This document shows, piece by piece, positions 51,733-64,000 of a stretch of 64,000 nucleotides of DNA. The first letter of the stretch is position 1, and every line of letters starts with the position of its first letter. Origin of the DNA: Octopus sinensis (taxonomy: Eukaryota); the NCBI RefSeq assembly GCF_006345805.1, contig NC_042997.1, positions 132,680,001 through 132,744,000 on the forward strand. The letters run 5' to 3'. The notes beneath the pieces are model-generated. The model searched no databases and was not told the origin of the DNA. It worked only from the letters and a program-made list of their open reading frames with translations. Made by a program: the position numbers and the translations under genes.

Positions 51733-52144
51733 ATACATATATATATGCATGTATATCTGTGAGATAACAGTTTCAGTACTGATAGTCAACTATAAGACTG
51801 AAAGTATCGCACATTACAATAGAGATGTCATTTCACTTTTGACAGGTAATACTGAAATAGCGTAACAGATAAGAGATTGCTCTGGGCTTGCATTAGGCAA
51901 GAAGTTGAAAATTTGGATACAACTCACCCAACAAGAACTCACTACTTGAACAAAACTTGACTTAAACAGGATTCGAATAATCCTATCAGGTGGTGCTATT
52001 AAGTTAGACATGGCCTGGCCCAAACTTTGGTCGAAACATATCTAAGTTTATCTAAGTTTATATATATATATATATACACATACATATATACATACATACA
52101 TGCATGCATGCATGCATACATACATGCATACGTACATACATATG

Positions 52145-53199
52145 TCCCTGTCGTAAGGCTTTACTTCTACACACACCAGCCTAATTTAATTCGTCCTTAG
52201 TCGAAAGACACCTGTTGTCATATCCTGTTATTTGTATTTGTGTAACATTTCTCTGCTTTTTTTCCGCCCTTGTTTTCGCATACATTCGCTGCTTTCTTAA
52301 AAGGAATATAATGCTCTTAGCTTTCTTTTCCTTGAGGATGGCTATATTGGAGCAATCCCAAGTATAGCCAGCCGAAATAGCAAAGATAATCGACTGAGGA
52401 TAGAAAACTCCGAATGATCCGTCCCTGGTTCCCTTGTATCGTCTGCCTGGATAATTTGTTGTCCTCTTTTTTGTTTCACCTAACTGTCTGGATGTTTTGC
52501 GTTCTTGTCCCATTTTTGTATGTATATAAAGTACAGCAGCGTAAGTACACATTGGTCTCTTATATGTAAGTATATATATCTAAATTATGTACGACTCTAT
52601 TGTTCTTTGTATTCTTTCATTCTTTTCTTCTTTCTATCAGCCCTTTCACCCTTCGTTCATTCCACTCTTCGTTCTTTCGTCCCCCTCTCTCACATTTCGT
52701 GGCCTTCTCTTTATGCTCACTTTCCCTCTTTCACTTCACTGTGTCTCTTTCATTTTTCTCTCACCCCTCCTTAATTCTTCTATCCCTCTACCTCTACCTC
52801 TCTCTCTTCTCTCCCCACGTGATCAGTGTTCGGCCAGGCCTGACTTTTCTTTCTTGGTTGGACTATTGTCGGTGCAACATCTATATTCCTTCCTGTGCTT
52901 GTTAAATCCTATATCCCTGCCGTAAGGCTTTACTTCCACACACGCCAGCTTAATTTAATTCATCCTTAGTCGAAAGACACCTGATGTTATATACTGTTAT
53001 TTGTATTTGTGTAACATTTCTCTGGGAGTTTTTTCCGTCCTTGTTTCGAATACATTCGCTGCTTTCTTCCAAGGAATGCAATGCTCTTAGCTTATTTTTT
53101 CCATGGAGCTGGCCAGATTGGAGCAATCACGAGTATAACCAGCCGAAATTGCAAAGATTATCTGGAACTCGACTGAAGAAAGAAAACTCCGAATGATCC
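52145..53199 (+). repeat. About 280-bp direct repeats (period about 769 bp), each with hammerhead-like remnants
   Basis: 52145-52420 aligns with 52914-53199. TGGCTATA/TATAGCCA stem followed by GCCGAAA, then CTGA(G/A)GA..CTCCGAA. Confidence 0.8.
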
Positions 53200-53953
53200 A
53201 TCATTATTTTAAAATCGCACACAACACACAAAACCCACAATATGAAACCAGCTGTTCATGCAGGCATAAAAATGTGTGCCCGTTAAATGGGGCTTGCATG
53301 TCCGAGACCATCATTTATGAAGCCACCGAGGACTATATCCACTAAAGACAAGGTTTAAGCGAAGAAATACGTGGGCCTTTCAGAGGATAACTTCAAGGCC
53401 AGGTTCAATAATCACACCTTAAGCTTCAGGCACTGGTATAAAAGGAAAACGACCAAATTATCCAGTCATATATGGTCCTTAAAAGCTAAAGGTGTCAACT
53501 ATAACATCCATTGGATGATCATAGCCAAGTGTAAGCCCTACGCCAACGGCAGTGGAAAGTGCAGTCTTTGTGATATGGAAAGATGGCTCATCTGGAAAAG
53601 CAGATTAGACCCCACCACATGTCTGAATTCAAGAACTGAACTTTACGGTTCATGTCCCTACGTGGCTAAATATTTGTTACCTTTTTGGTTCCCCCTAGAT
53701 TACAGATAGGACTTGCTTTCTAGATTGTGTCCACGTACAAGCTTTTTATCCCTGTATACTTTTTACTTATATTTCTTATATATTTTTATATATATTTATA
53801 TATTTTTATATATTTTTTACATATTTATATAGATATTGTTTTATAGGTTTATTGGTCATATATTATTTACACATACTTTTTCTGTATTCTACCTTCCACT
53901 CTGCATTTTCCCTGTGCGGGTATGTGCGTATGTAGACGTGTGTGTGTGTGTGG

Positions 53954-53984
<31 letters not shown>

Positions 53985-55330
53985 TGTGTGTGCGTGCGTG
54001 CGTGCATGCGAGTATGTTCGTATATAGACGTGTTATACTCTTACTGATTTTTTCCCCATTTTTCTGTATTTTGCATTTAGCCCTGTTTTTTCTTGTGCAT
54101 GTGCGTATATAGACGTGTGTATGAACCTCTTTTTGTGTGCATGTGTGTGTGTGTACGTATGTAGATGTGTGCGAGTATGCGCGTATATAAACGTGTGTGT
54201 GTGTGTGTGTATGCATACGAGTATGTGCGTATATAGACTTATTGCTTATTTTTTTATACTTCTTCACACATTTTTCTATATTTTGCCTTTAGCCCTGTTT
54301 TTTCTTGTGCATGTGGTATATAGACATGTGCATGTGGTATATAGACATGTGCATGAACCTTTTTTATTTGAGCGCGCGCGCGTGTGCGTGCGAGTGTGCA
54401 TGTATATATCTTTTTGGCAACCTTTTCTTGCAAGACGCAATGAAAATTTTAGGAAAATAAAAGTAAGAAATAAGTGGAAATTTTACCGGTGAGTGTGTTA
54501 CATTATAAGGCACAAAAAGAAAATGACACTCCCCAGATACAACAGAATATGCTTCAACACACGAACTCATATCAAGAATCTTGCAAACCAAATCCAAAAA
54601 TGAAATATAAAAAGCTTTGGCCAAGCTAGCAAGTCGCTGAGAAACACCGTGTTCTGCAGTCTAAAAATCAAGATAGCTACTCGACAGCTCCGCTTCATTA
54701 AAACATGCATCTTCTCCAGGCTATACACAAAATCTGTTAATTCAGCTGCCAAGCGGTTAGGACTCACAGAACATCAAGAAAGAAAACTAAAACATACGAT
54801 GTTACAAAACATCAAAAAGAAAATATACACAGAAATCAACTAGTAGCAAACACGAAAGAGAGTCCTGCAGCATGAACTAAAAAACACCACTACTCCACAC
54901 GAAAGAGACACATTCACGACAAACATCAAACAAGAATACCGCCGAGTTAGCCATGCCTGTAACAAACACTTCAACAATAAACTCAAGTGGATGAAACAGC
55001 AACAACAACAATCCCAGCATGTTCCACTGAGTACCTATATTTTTGTTCACGACTATATAAACATCTAAAACGAGTAGCAACTGCATGGTGTAAAAGATCA
55101 GGTGATACTCACTTGCGATTCACAGTTATGATTTTCTGATCACTACTTCAACTAAGCCTTTGTCTCAATATCCCTCTTGGTACTATTTAAAAATACTGTA
55201 TAGATACAATCACTCTTGCATTCTATCTGATCGCTGAAATAGGTCTCCTTCCAATTTCAAAGTGGAATCATTATACTTCACCTCTCATTATAGAAAACTA
55301 ATGACGTTTTTTTTTGGCTTTGATATGTAG
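53200..55330 (+). mobile_element. Penelope-like element junction: GIY-YIG 3' end, UTR, then start of the next ORF
   Basis: CSCRHKNVCPLNGAC..YVGLSEDNFKARFNNH..CSLC..LNSRTEL to 53709. From about 54523, KIATRQLRFIKTC..LYTKS and SLCLNIP, a weaker PLE N-terminus-like match. Confidence 0.7.
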
Positions 55331-55654
55331 ACAATATTGCTGGAATTACTCATCCGTTTGCTCCACTGGTGCCTTTATCTGCTTGTTTCCACAATGGCAG
55401 TGATGTCATCCATAAAAGCAAATATCAAGCCTTTTATTTTGTTATTCTTTTACTTGTGTCATTCATTTGACTGCAGGCAAACAAGGGCACCACTTCAAGA
55501 GTTTAGTCAATCATTTGACTTCCATGATTCATTTCATCCGAGGAGTTTCTTGACTCTCTCAACACAATCTCTATATCCATAACGAAGAGGACTAAAGGAA
55601 TAGCGTTCTGCTCCCCATTAAATATCCGTCTTCAATGCGCGTCAGTTAGTTTTT

Positions 55655-55859
55655 ATTCTTATATTCTTTTATTTGTTTCAGTCATTTGACTGCGGCCATA
55701 CTGGAGTACCACCTTTAGTCTAAGAAATCGACCCCAGGACTTATTATTTGTAAGCCTAGTGCCCAACCGCTAAGTTACGGGGACAAACACAGACACAGAA
55801 ACATACACACACACACACACACACCACACACACGCACACACACACACACACACACACAC

Positions 55860-55915
<56 letters not shown>

Positions 55916-56090
55916 TATATATATACGCATACAACGGGCTTCTTTCAGTTTCTGTCTATCAAATCCACTCACAAAGCTTTGGTCGGCCCGAGGCTATAGT
56001 AAAAGACACCTGCCCAAGATGCCACGCTGTGGGATTGAACCCGGAACCATGTGGCTGGTAAGCAAGCTACTTACCACACAGCCACTCCTG
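55655..56090 (-). mobile_element. SINE family A copy
   Basis: Head, core and tail present; one internal deletion. Confidence 0.9.
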
Positions 56091-57092
56091 TAGATTTCTT
56101 GATAGTAAAACACATGAATTCTTAATGTAAGGTACTATAGAAGAATTTCCAGCACACTCTTTGGATTGCAAAACTATCAGCATATGGGGAGCTTTGTCCA
56201 TCAATCAGCATATGGGGAGCTGATCCATCCTGAGGTTGTTTCCCCCCCTTATATGAATGCTGAATTAAGTTCCAAATCATTAAAACGGTCTAAGTCCTTC
56301 CAGTGCAAGGAATTTTACCAACGTTCTTCCCAACATGCTCTTTAGTGAGACGAAGAGTATTGGAGGTAACTGGTCATTTTTGATACCCATTCGTTTTTAA
56401 ATAATTTCTCTGTTGTTAATTGTTTTTCCTAAAATAATTGTATGCAGAAGTGTGTTGAATAAGTTACCATAAGTGTGTATGTATGTCTGTGTGTTTGTGT
56501 GGGCAAAGTGGAACAGGTAGATTCAAAGCTGTCTTAGCAGCGTTACTATCTCTGAGCAATTGAATGAGCTGAGCCTAAAAATAGTTATTAGACAGCAAAC
56601 CACAACATACATAGATTAGAATTGAGCCCCTAGGCCCGTGAAGCCGAGGCAACTGCCCAACAGGTCTACGCCTTAAGACGGTATTTGGTAAATTTACGTG
56701 TGCGAAGGTATAGAACAGAAATCACGTGGCAGACACACACATCCATATACTGCAAGCATTTGCACCCTATTTCTATTCATATCATTTTCTTCTCAAGGTT
56801 AAGAGAAACGGAACAGTGAAATACGTGTGTTGCTATAGTTACGGTAGTGACTTAAATGCTACTAAATAACATATAACATCTTTTGGTCGCAGTAATCACG
56901 TCACACAGCAGCTTGTTTACAATAACATCACGTGATTTTTCTTTTTTGTTTCATTTTTTTTAATTTTGCTTTTGCAATCTCAACATAACAGCTCAAGTCG
57001 AGAAGGCAAAATATATATGACATTATAAGATTAGATATAATAGCAGCATGCTACCTAAAATGCCGTATTGTTTTACAATCTTCTGCCATATA

Positions 57093-57678
57093 TTGAACTT
57101 AAAAATGGTCTATGACTATTTAATTTTTTCCTACTGGGCCGCTGGTGGCAATAAAATTCTACAAAATTTTCCTTGCCACCCTATATTGATTAATTATGAA
57201 TTTTTTGGTTAATTCCGTAATGGAATCGACGGCTGATATTTATTTGCTGCCGATAAATTTGGCGCGAGTGCGACGATTTGAAAATTTTAGGTCAGATATT
57301 GCCTTGGCAAGATTGGGTAAGCCTCGTGTATATATCTGTTCCGACTTGAGCTATTTCTTGCTGAAGAATCCGAGGGCTTATGGAAGATTGGCTTGATTTA
57401 ATTTAATCAGGTTAGTTTACCATTAAACAGCGGATGAAACGGTATACCGTACAAGAAATTACAGGGTAAATGTTTTTTTAATTTTCTCCTGTTTACGGAA
57501 TTGATCTTTATTTGCGGTAGAAGCTTTGGCTGTTATTTCTAGTGGGTGAATGGCCTATTATGGCCGTTCCTAATTGTTAATGTTGAACTTAAAAATGGTC
57601 TATGACTATTTAATTTTTTCCTACTGGGCCGCTGGTGGCAATAAAATTCTACAAAATTTTCCTTGCCACCCTATATTG

Positions 57679-57682
<4 letters not shown>
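57093..57682 (+). mobile_element. Retrozyme-like non-coding unit: 490-bp monomer plus 100-bp terminal redundancy, containing a hammerhead
   Basis: 57093-57192 is identical to 57583-57682. Hammerhead at 57353-57459. No recognisable protein. Followed by (TA)n. Confidence 0.65.
57353..57459 (+). ncRNA. Intact-looking type I hammerhead ribozyme with long stem II
   Basis: ATTTCTTG-CTGAAGA-ATCCG..CGGAT-GAA-ACGGTATACCGT-A-CAAGAAAT. Stem I is 8/8 bp, stem III is a 12-nt palindrome, GUA site after 57451. Confidence 0.9.
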
Positions 57683-57735
<53 letters not shown>

Positions 57736-57832
57736 ACACACACACACACTCATACACACACAATAATTCCACGACTATCGCGGATGTTACTCTAAGTGAA
57801 CATCCGCGAAGAAGAAACAGTACTGTACTGTA

Positions 57833-58020
<188 letters not shown>

Positions 58021-58141
58021 TGTGTATATAGTTATTTCACTATAAATGCAAAAAACACCACGGAAGAATTGATATAAGCTTAGATAATAAATCGTGAAAG
58101 GTGAACCGCGATATGGCGATGTATTACTGTATATATATATA

Positions 58142-58193
<52 letters not shown>

Positions 58194-58234
58194 TATCCAT
58201 ATATGTATCTTGTTGATTATCATTTCAGCAAATA

Positions 58235-59501
58235 TTGGGTTGTCAAGAAAGTTCTTGCGGTTTTTAACCTTTAAATTCAGATGCATATATCTCAGCTCAA
58301 ACAAAACTTTATTAATCGAAATAAGCACCATCAGAATCAACACACTTTTGCCAAAGCGAAAGTAGTTTATTTATGACAGTAGCATAAAATCCTGCGTTCT
58401 GGTGGCGAGGAATTCGTTGAAGGCGTGTTTGGCATCGTCTTGGTTTTTGAACCATTTCTCACGCATCTCTTGTCGAGATGCTTGAAAAAGTGATAATCGG
58501 TAGGCGACAGGCCTGGTGAGTATAGCGCATGAGGCAGAGTTTCTTAGCCCAATTCGTTCAACTAATGTAGTTGTTTAACGTGCGGCCGAGTGGTGTCGTG
58601 GAGAAGAATTGGTTCTTTTTTTATTGACCAATGCTGGCTGAGTTTTTTATGCATTTCATCCATTTGCTGACAGTACTTCTCCGCCGTAATGGTTTCGCCT
58701 AGATCCAAAAAGCTGTGATGGATGAGACCGCCCGCAGACCACCAAACAATCACCATGACCTTCTTTTGGTGCAACTTTGGCTTCGGGAAGTGCCGTGGAG
58801 CTTCGTCGGCGTCCAACCACTGAGCTGAGCGTCGCCGGTTGTTGTAAAGAATCTACTTTTCATCGCAAGTCACAATCCGGTCGAGAAACGGGTCGTGCTT
58901 GATGCGTAAAAGAAGGGAAGACGACACTTCAAAACGGCGTTTTATTTTGGTTGTCGTTCAATTCGTGTGGCACCCATTTCTCAAGTATTTTTGTTTTTCC
59001 AATCTCTTTCAAGTGGTTGGAAATTGTCGTATACGTTATGTCTAATTCAGAGGCAAGCTGTCAAACAGATGTGCGTGGATTGGCTTCGACTAAGGCTCTT
59101 AGTTGATCGTTGTCAACATCCGATGGCCGACCACTACGTTTATGATCTTCAAGACTCGTCACCGCTACGAAATTTCTTGAACCACCATTGTGCTGTACGT
59201 TCATTGGTGGTTTCTGGGCCAAACACGTCGTTGATATCGCGAGCTGTTTCAGCAGCTTTTCGGCCTAGCTTGAACTGGAATAAGAAAATTGTGCGAATTT
59301 ACTTTTTGCCCATGTTGTATTCAACGTTCCGCAAAAAATGGCCTAATTATTCAAAAAGAAAAAGAGTAACACGATTAGATAGAGCGAAAAACGGGATTTA
59401 AAATGATATATAAAATCAAAAGTAATTTAATGAAAATTAATTTGAAGACATAATTTAAAACCAAAGTTTAAAATCCCGCAAGAACTTTCTTGACAACCTA
59501 A
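58235..59501 (-). mobile_element. Full-length mariner (DD34D, Hsmar1/cecropia-like) with pseudogenised transposase at 59313-58312
   Basis: TIRs TT(G/A)GGTTGTCAAGAAAGTTCTTGCGG with TA TSDs. QFKLGRKAAETARDIN..WFKKFRSG..WVPHEL..RIVTCDEK*..KVMVIVWW..CVDSDGAYFD*. Confidence 0.95.
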
Positions 59502-60494
59502 TACAATACTAAGCCTTGAATGCTGTGTGGTTTGATATAGGCGTTGAGCGATCAAAAGTATGTCATTGTAGCTACTTAATTTACGTCTACTAGTTTAGGC
59601 GGTCAGTAGTCGTGACGTCGCTCAGATGAAGTTGTTAACACAGCTATACAGTTGACAAAAGAAACAGCGTTCGAATCCTACAGACGATGTCGTTAGAAAT
59701 TAGATTGTTATCATTAATGATTTCTACCTTAGAAACAAGGTCACGTGATTGCAATGAAACATTACTTCATTAGCATTTACTCTACAGAGTGTAGAAGGAT
59801 GGACAGCAAAATCTCTCTGGATTCGAAACAATCTCAGAACTTTAAATGACATAACCAAACACTGTAAAAGTCACCGTAAGAGGTTCTACCTATTTTGCCA
59901 ATCCAACAACTTCAAACCTTGCCGTATTGCTCATGTAACAAGGTAGGAACCTTCTCTTCTTGAGAGACCCACCTCCAGCCTACACTCGCTGGGAAAGAAA
60001 GCAGGTTTTTGTTTAAATATTTATTATATTTGTACTTTACAACTATTTGAAGTAATATTATTTTTTACCAGTTACTTTTTAGTCTAACAGTAGATATTTT
60101 ATAGATATTTTATAATAGTCTCTTTTTGTAGTTGCACAATGTTTCTACCTGTATTTGTGGCTAATATATAGTTCTTTGTCATGTTATAAAGACTATATAC
60201 CATCTGCTTGTTTCGATAAGTGTTTATCGTCAAATTTTCTATGCAATTTATCTCTTTTCTCATAAGAAAATATTTTAAAATCTTCAGGGAAATCTGTAAT
60301 GCAATATTCGGATTTTCCAGACTGGTACTGAAATTTAGTTAATTGAAAACACAAATATCACGCTAATTAAAAAAACAAAAACTCCGAGATAAGAAAACTT
60401 CGCCACTGACATGCAAATAATTATGAATCACTTAACTTGACATTGTAAGGCACTCACACAAATTGAAAGAAACTTTAAGGAGGAAATATTCGTT

Positions 60495-60920
60495 TCTACT
60501 CTAGGCACACGGCCCAAAATTTTGGGAGAGGGGCCAGTTGATTACATCGATCCTAATACGCAACTGGTACTTAATCTATCGACCTCGAAAGGATGAAAGA
60601 CAAAGTCGACCTCAGCGGAATTTGAATTCAGAACGTAAAGACAGACGAAATACCACTCAGTATTTCGCCCGGCGTGATAACGTTTCTTATTTCTTTATTG
60701 TCCACAAGGGGCTAAACATAGAGGGAAAAAACAAGGACAGACAAAGGGATTAACTCGATTACATCGACCCCAGTGCGTAACTGGTAGTTAATTTATCGAC
60801 GCCGAAAGGATGACAGGTAAAGTCGACCTCGGCAGTATTTGAACTGAGAACATAAAGACGGACGAAAAACCGCTAAGCAATTCGCCCGGTGTGCTAATGT
60901 TTCTGCCAGCTCACCGCCTT
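60495..60920 (-). mobile_element. Two tandem Nin/Deu-like tRNA SINEs
   Basis: Repeated ACTGGTA(C/G)TTAAT(C/T)TATCGAC..GAAAGGATGA..AAGTCGACCTC core. Confidence 0.8.
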
Positions 60921-61189
60921 ACTTATAACTCAAATATTATAAACCAAAAGCGACTTTGTTGACAAATGATGGACTGGATGGACTTAGAAATTTTGCTATT
61001 TATTTTCCAGCGAGATGAAATTTGAACGCGTAAAATAATTGTGTTCTATTTAACAATCACGTGCGTTCAGTCAATTATCCCACCTGAATATATTTGTACA
61101 TCAGCCGACACAGAATCTCATTCAGTTAATACGATCATCATCATCATTCTCATCATCATCAACCCACTGAACATCACGGCCTTGAGTCA

Positions 61190-61637
61190 CAGGACTCATG
61201 GGGCCGGTTAACCGGTTTCCATGGCGTATGAGTAACCTATTTCTTTACTACCCACAAGGGGCTAGAAAGGACAAACGGATTAAGTCGATTATATCGACCC
61301 CAGTGCGAAAGTAGTACTTTATTTATCGACCCCGAAAGGATGAAAGGCAAAGTCGACCGGGGCGGAATTCGACTTTGCCTTTCATCCTTTCGGGGTCGAT
61401 AAATAAAGTACCAGGACTCATGGGGCCGGTTAGCCGGTTTCCATGGCGTATGAGTAACCGGGATCACAACATTCCCGCCAGCTCGTCGTAGAGTGAATCA
61501 TTTACAGCTGAGTGGACTGGGGCTACGCGAAATGAAGTGATTTACTCAAGAACATAACGCATTGCCCAGTCCGGGAATCGAAACAATTACCTTCCGATCA
61601 CGAATGCAACACCCTATACTCTAGACCACGCGCCTCC
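61190..61637 (-). mobile_element. SINE family B variant with a Nin-like SINE inserted (48-bp duplication, internal 43-bp perfect hairpin)
   Basis: 61190-61237 matches 61412-61459 with 1 mismatch; 61314-61356 is the reverse complement of 61369-61411. Confidence 0.85.
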
Positions 61638-63171
61638 GCCTCTGTTTCTATGTTACTGTGTTAGGAACAATTCAATCTCAGTGAATCAGTTATTTGAAAC
61701 TAGGTTGGCTTGAAAGGCTACCATGCCGTTAGTCAACACGAACGACAGCGATAACAACGAAGTACCATAACGAAAGGCCTCATCTACGCTGACTATGTCT
61801 TGCTTGGTCAGTAGAGCTATCAAGCATAGACGTCCATAAAGAAAAGATTGACTTAAATGTTGTTGCAATTATCAAAGGTGTCCCATTTCTGATCATCTTA
61901 TCTTTTTGCTATCGAGGATTATATTTATCAATCGTTTTGAAAGGAGTAGTGCGTGATTTAAGAGAAAATTTCGCTGTTAATTTTAGCAAGTTGAACGATA
62001 GAACAAAGCATCTCTCGTTAGCTTGGGATAAATTTAATAGTAACGAAGGTAATACTGTTAGTAAATGTAGATTGCCATGACGTGTCGCACAATACGGCTA
62101 CGTGTCGCACAAACAACCGTGGAAGCAGTCGTACCAGTGAAACAATGTCTGTGAACTCGTGATTACTGTGTCACGAATTAGTAAGGATAGTTATTGAGCC
62201 TAGAGTCAAAGACACTCATCAATAACAAATATGTCAAAGATGACAGATTTATACCTCTAGCAAGTATTTGGGGATGTTTGTATAAAATGTGCAAAAGAGA
62301 ACCACGGTATTGATTGATGACTCATTTGAAATAACTGACGCGTGATATCAATCTTCAGGCACTTCACTGGTTTTCAATGTTCCATAGAGACAATAACAAT
62401 ATAACACACTTAAATTCGTTTTTTTATTGGTTTCGTCTGCAGATTTCAACTTTAGAAAATACGAATTCTTAGAATTCTGCCATTCAACCACAAAGTTACA
62501 TGCCAATGGTCGCTGGCCTTAATTTTTTCTAATGCTTTATTCAAGGGACTTCGGGGCAAGTTAGAGAAAATATACGTAATGCTTAATTTACTGCGCTAAG
62601 AAGCAGCAAATTAAGGGAAAAAAAGTCCGAATACTTGCAGCATAATGCACAAGACTAAACTCATATAAAGTCTCTGTGAGAATGTTAAACTCTGTGTCAG
62701 ATAAAGTTGCTAAACATAGCAGCCAAACCTTCCTCAGAACTCACCCTAACGCATTTCAAAAGGAAAAGAAGCATTAGTTAATGTAGTCGTTCGCATAAGT
62801 TATTAATGGTATGTAATAGAAGCGTAAGAGAGCAGTAGACACTCGTTCGAAACGAATACATACAAACTATAATCAGTTATGAAGAAAGGGTTTTCAGTCG
62901 AAAACAATCGAATTATTGGCAAAACGTAATCATTTTGACAGATGAAAGGACGTTATATTTAGAACATATTTCTAATATAGTACAGCGGTTTGTGCTAAAA
63001 ATGCATCGTCGCTGGATAGTTGGATTAAAAAGTGTGGAAGCCTAGCTATTCGTTTTTTAGTGGGCATGGTGAGAGTATTGCAAAGTGTGCATTGCAAGAG
63101 TTTTATAAAGAGGACACAACAACAATCTGAAAACAATGAGATGCATATACATGCATATATATATACATGTA

Positions 63172-63389
63172 CGAGGGGTGCTGAAAAGTTCCTGGTTTTA
63201 AGTGCATCGCGAAAGGCTTGGTCAAGACCCTACTTTCCAAGTTCTTTTACGGGGTTTCGAAAAACTAAAGGACCGCTGCAATAAGTGCGTGACTCTGAGA
63301 GGGGAATATATTAAATAAAATCATCATAATTAACTGAGTCTCCTGTATTTTCTTTTACCCAAAGCCAGGAATTTTTCACCACCCCATCG
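63172..63389 (+). mobile_element. mariner-derived MITE
   Basis: TIRs CGAGGGGTGCTGAAAAGTTCCTGG and reverse complement CGATGGGGTGGTGAAAAATTCCTGG with TA TSDs; remnant KLKDRCNKCVTLRGEYIK*. Confidence 0.85.
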
Positions 63390-63403
63390 TACATGCGCAT
63401 GTG

Positions 63404-63445
<42 letters not shown>

Positions 63446-64000
63446 ACACACACACACACATACACACATATATATTCTCTAGGTAGTGAACTGGTGGTCG
63501 GTTCATTGGAAATAGGTAGTCAATGTGTAACTGGTCATTTACTGTGCCCATTCTTTTGCAAGCAATGGAATTGAGTCATATGCCTTCAAATTACTTCGTT
63601 GTTTCTTCCCACCAGTCTCAATGGGTCTGGAAGCAACCATGAGCGCTGCACTTTATTTAGAAAGAAACAATAAAATAGAAGCTGGTTTATTTTTACCAGT
63701 TATGGGTGAACGGAGTAAAGATCGGTGATTTGTATAATTTTACCGTCCCTATGTCATCTGTGTGATCAACTCAGTAAACTCTCAGCAACTCAACTTCATT
63801 CCGCATTTAATATGTATCATAGGACCATGGAAAAGAAGCCACAATAACCAATGAAAGCACTGCTATTGGATGAGATTTTTTTGAGTTCCAGAAGAGATTT
63901 AGGTGTTGCATTTTCCATACTAGCGGTACGGGAAATAATGAAACAAAAGAATGAATCGTAAGAGTGATACTTTTTTTGTCATATTACAAATATTTCTGTG

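Noticed and set aside
54415-54460. TTTTC-TTGCAAGA..GAAAATTTTA-GGAAAA, a possible hammerhead in the Penelope UTR
   Set aside because: The CUGANGA box and stem II are absent; the AT-rich match could be chance.

Overview
Repeat-saturated, AT- and microsatellite-rich eukaryotic genomic DNA. It is most likely cephalopod (Octopus-type), inferred from recalled SINE families rather than a database search. No host protein-coding gene can be supported, and almost all ORF-track entries are microsatellite artefacts. The window is a stack of transposable-element fossils. These include about 15 copies of a tRNA-headed SINE with a central (TA)n(TG)n tract, other tRNA-SINEs (Meta/V-like and Nin/Deu-like cores), R4-, RTE- and CR1-clade LINE fragments, Penelope-like elements (GIY-YIG), mariner DD34D and maT DD37D transposons, and hAT and Helitron-like non-autonomous elements. 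The main signal these labels do not explain is a dense set of about 15 type I hammerhead-ribozyme motifs from several unrelated sequence families, most with palindromic stem III. Two look fully intact, at 41443-41490 and 57353-57459. The second sits inside a non-coding, highly structured 490-bp unit bounded by perfect 100-bp direct repeats (57093-57682), which is the architecture expected of a reverse-transcribed circular or multimeric RNA (retrozyme-like element). Several retro-insertions also carry perfect fold-back inverted duplications at their junctions. Ribozyme activity, transcription and novelty were not tested.
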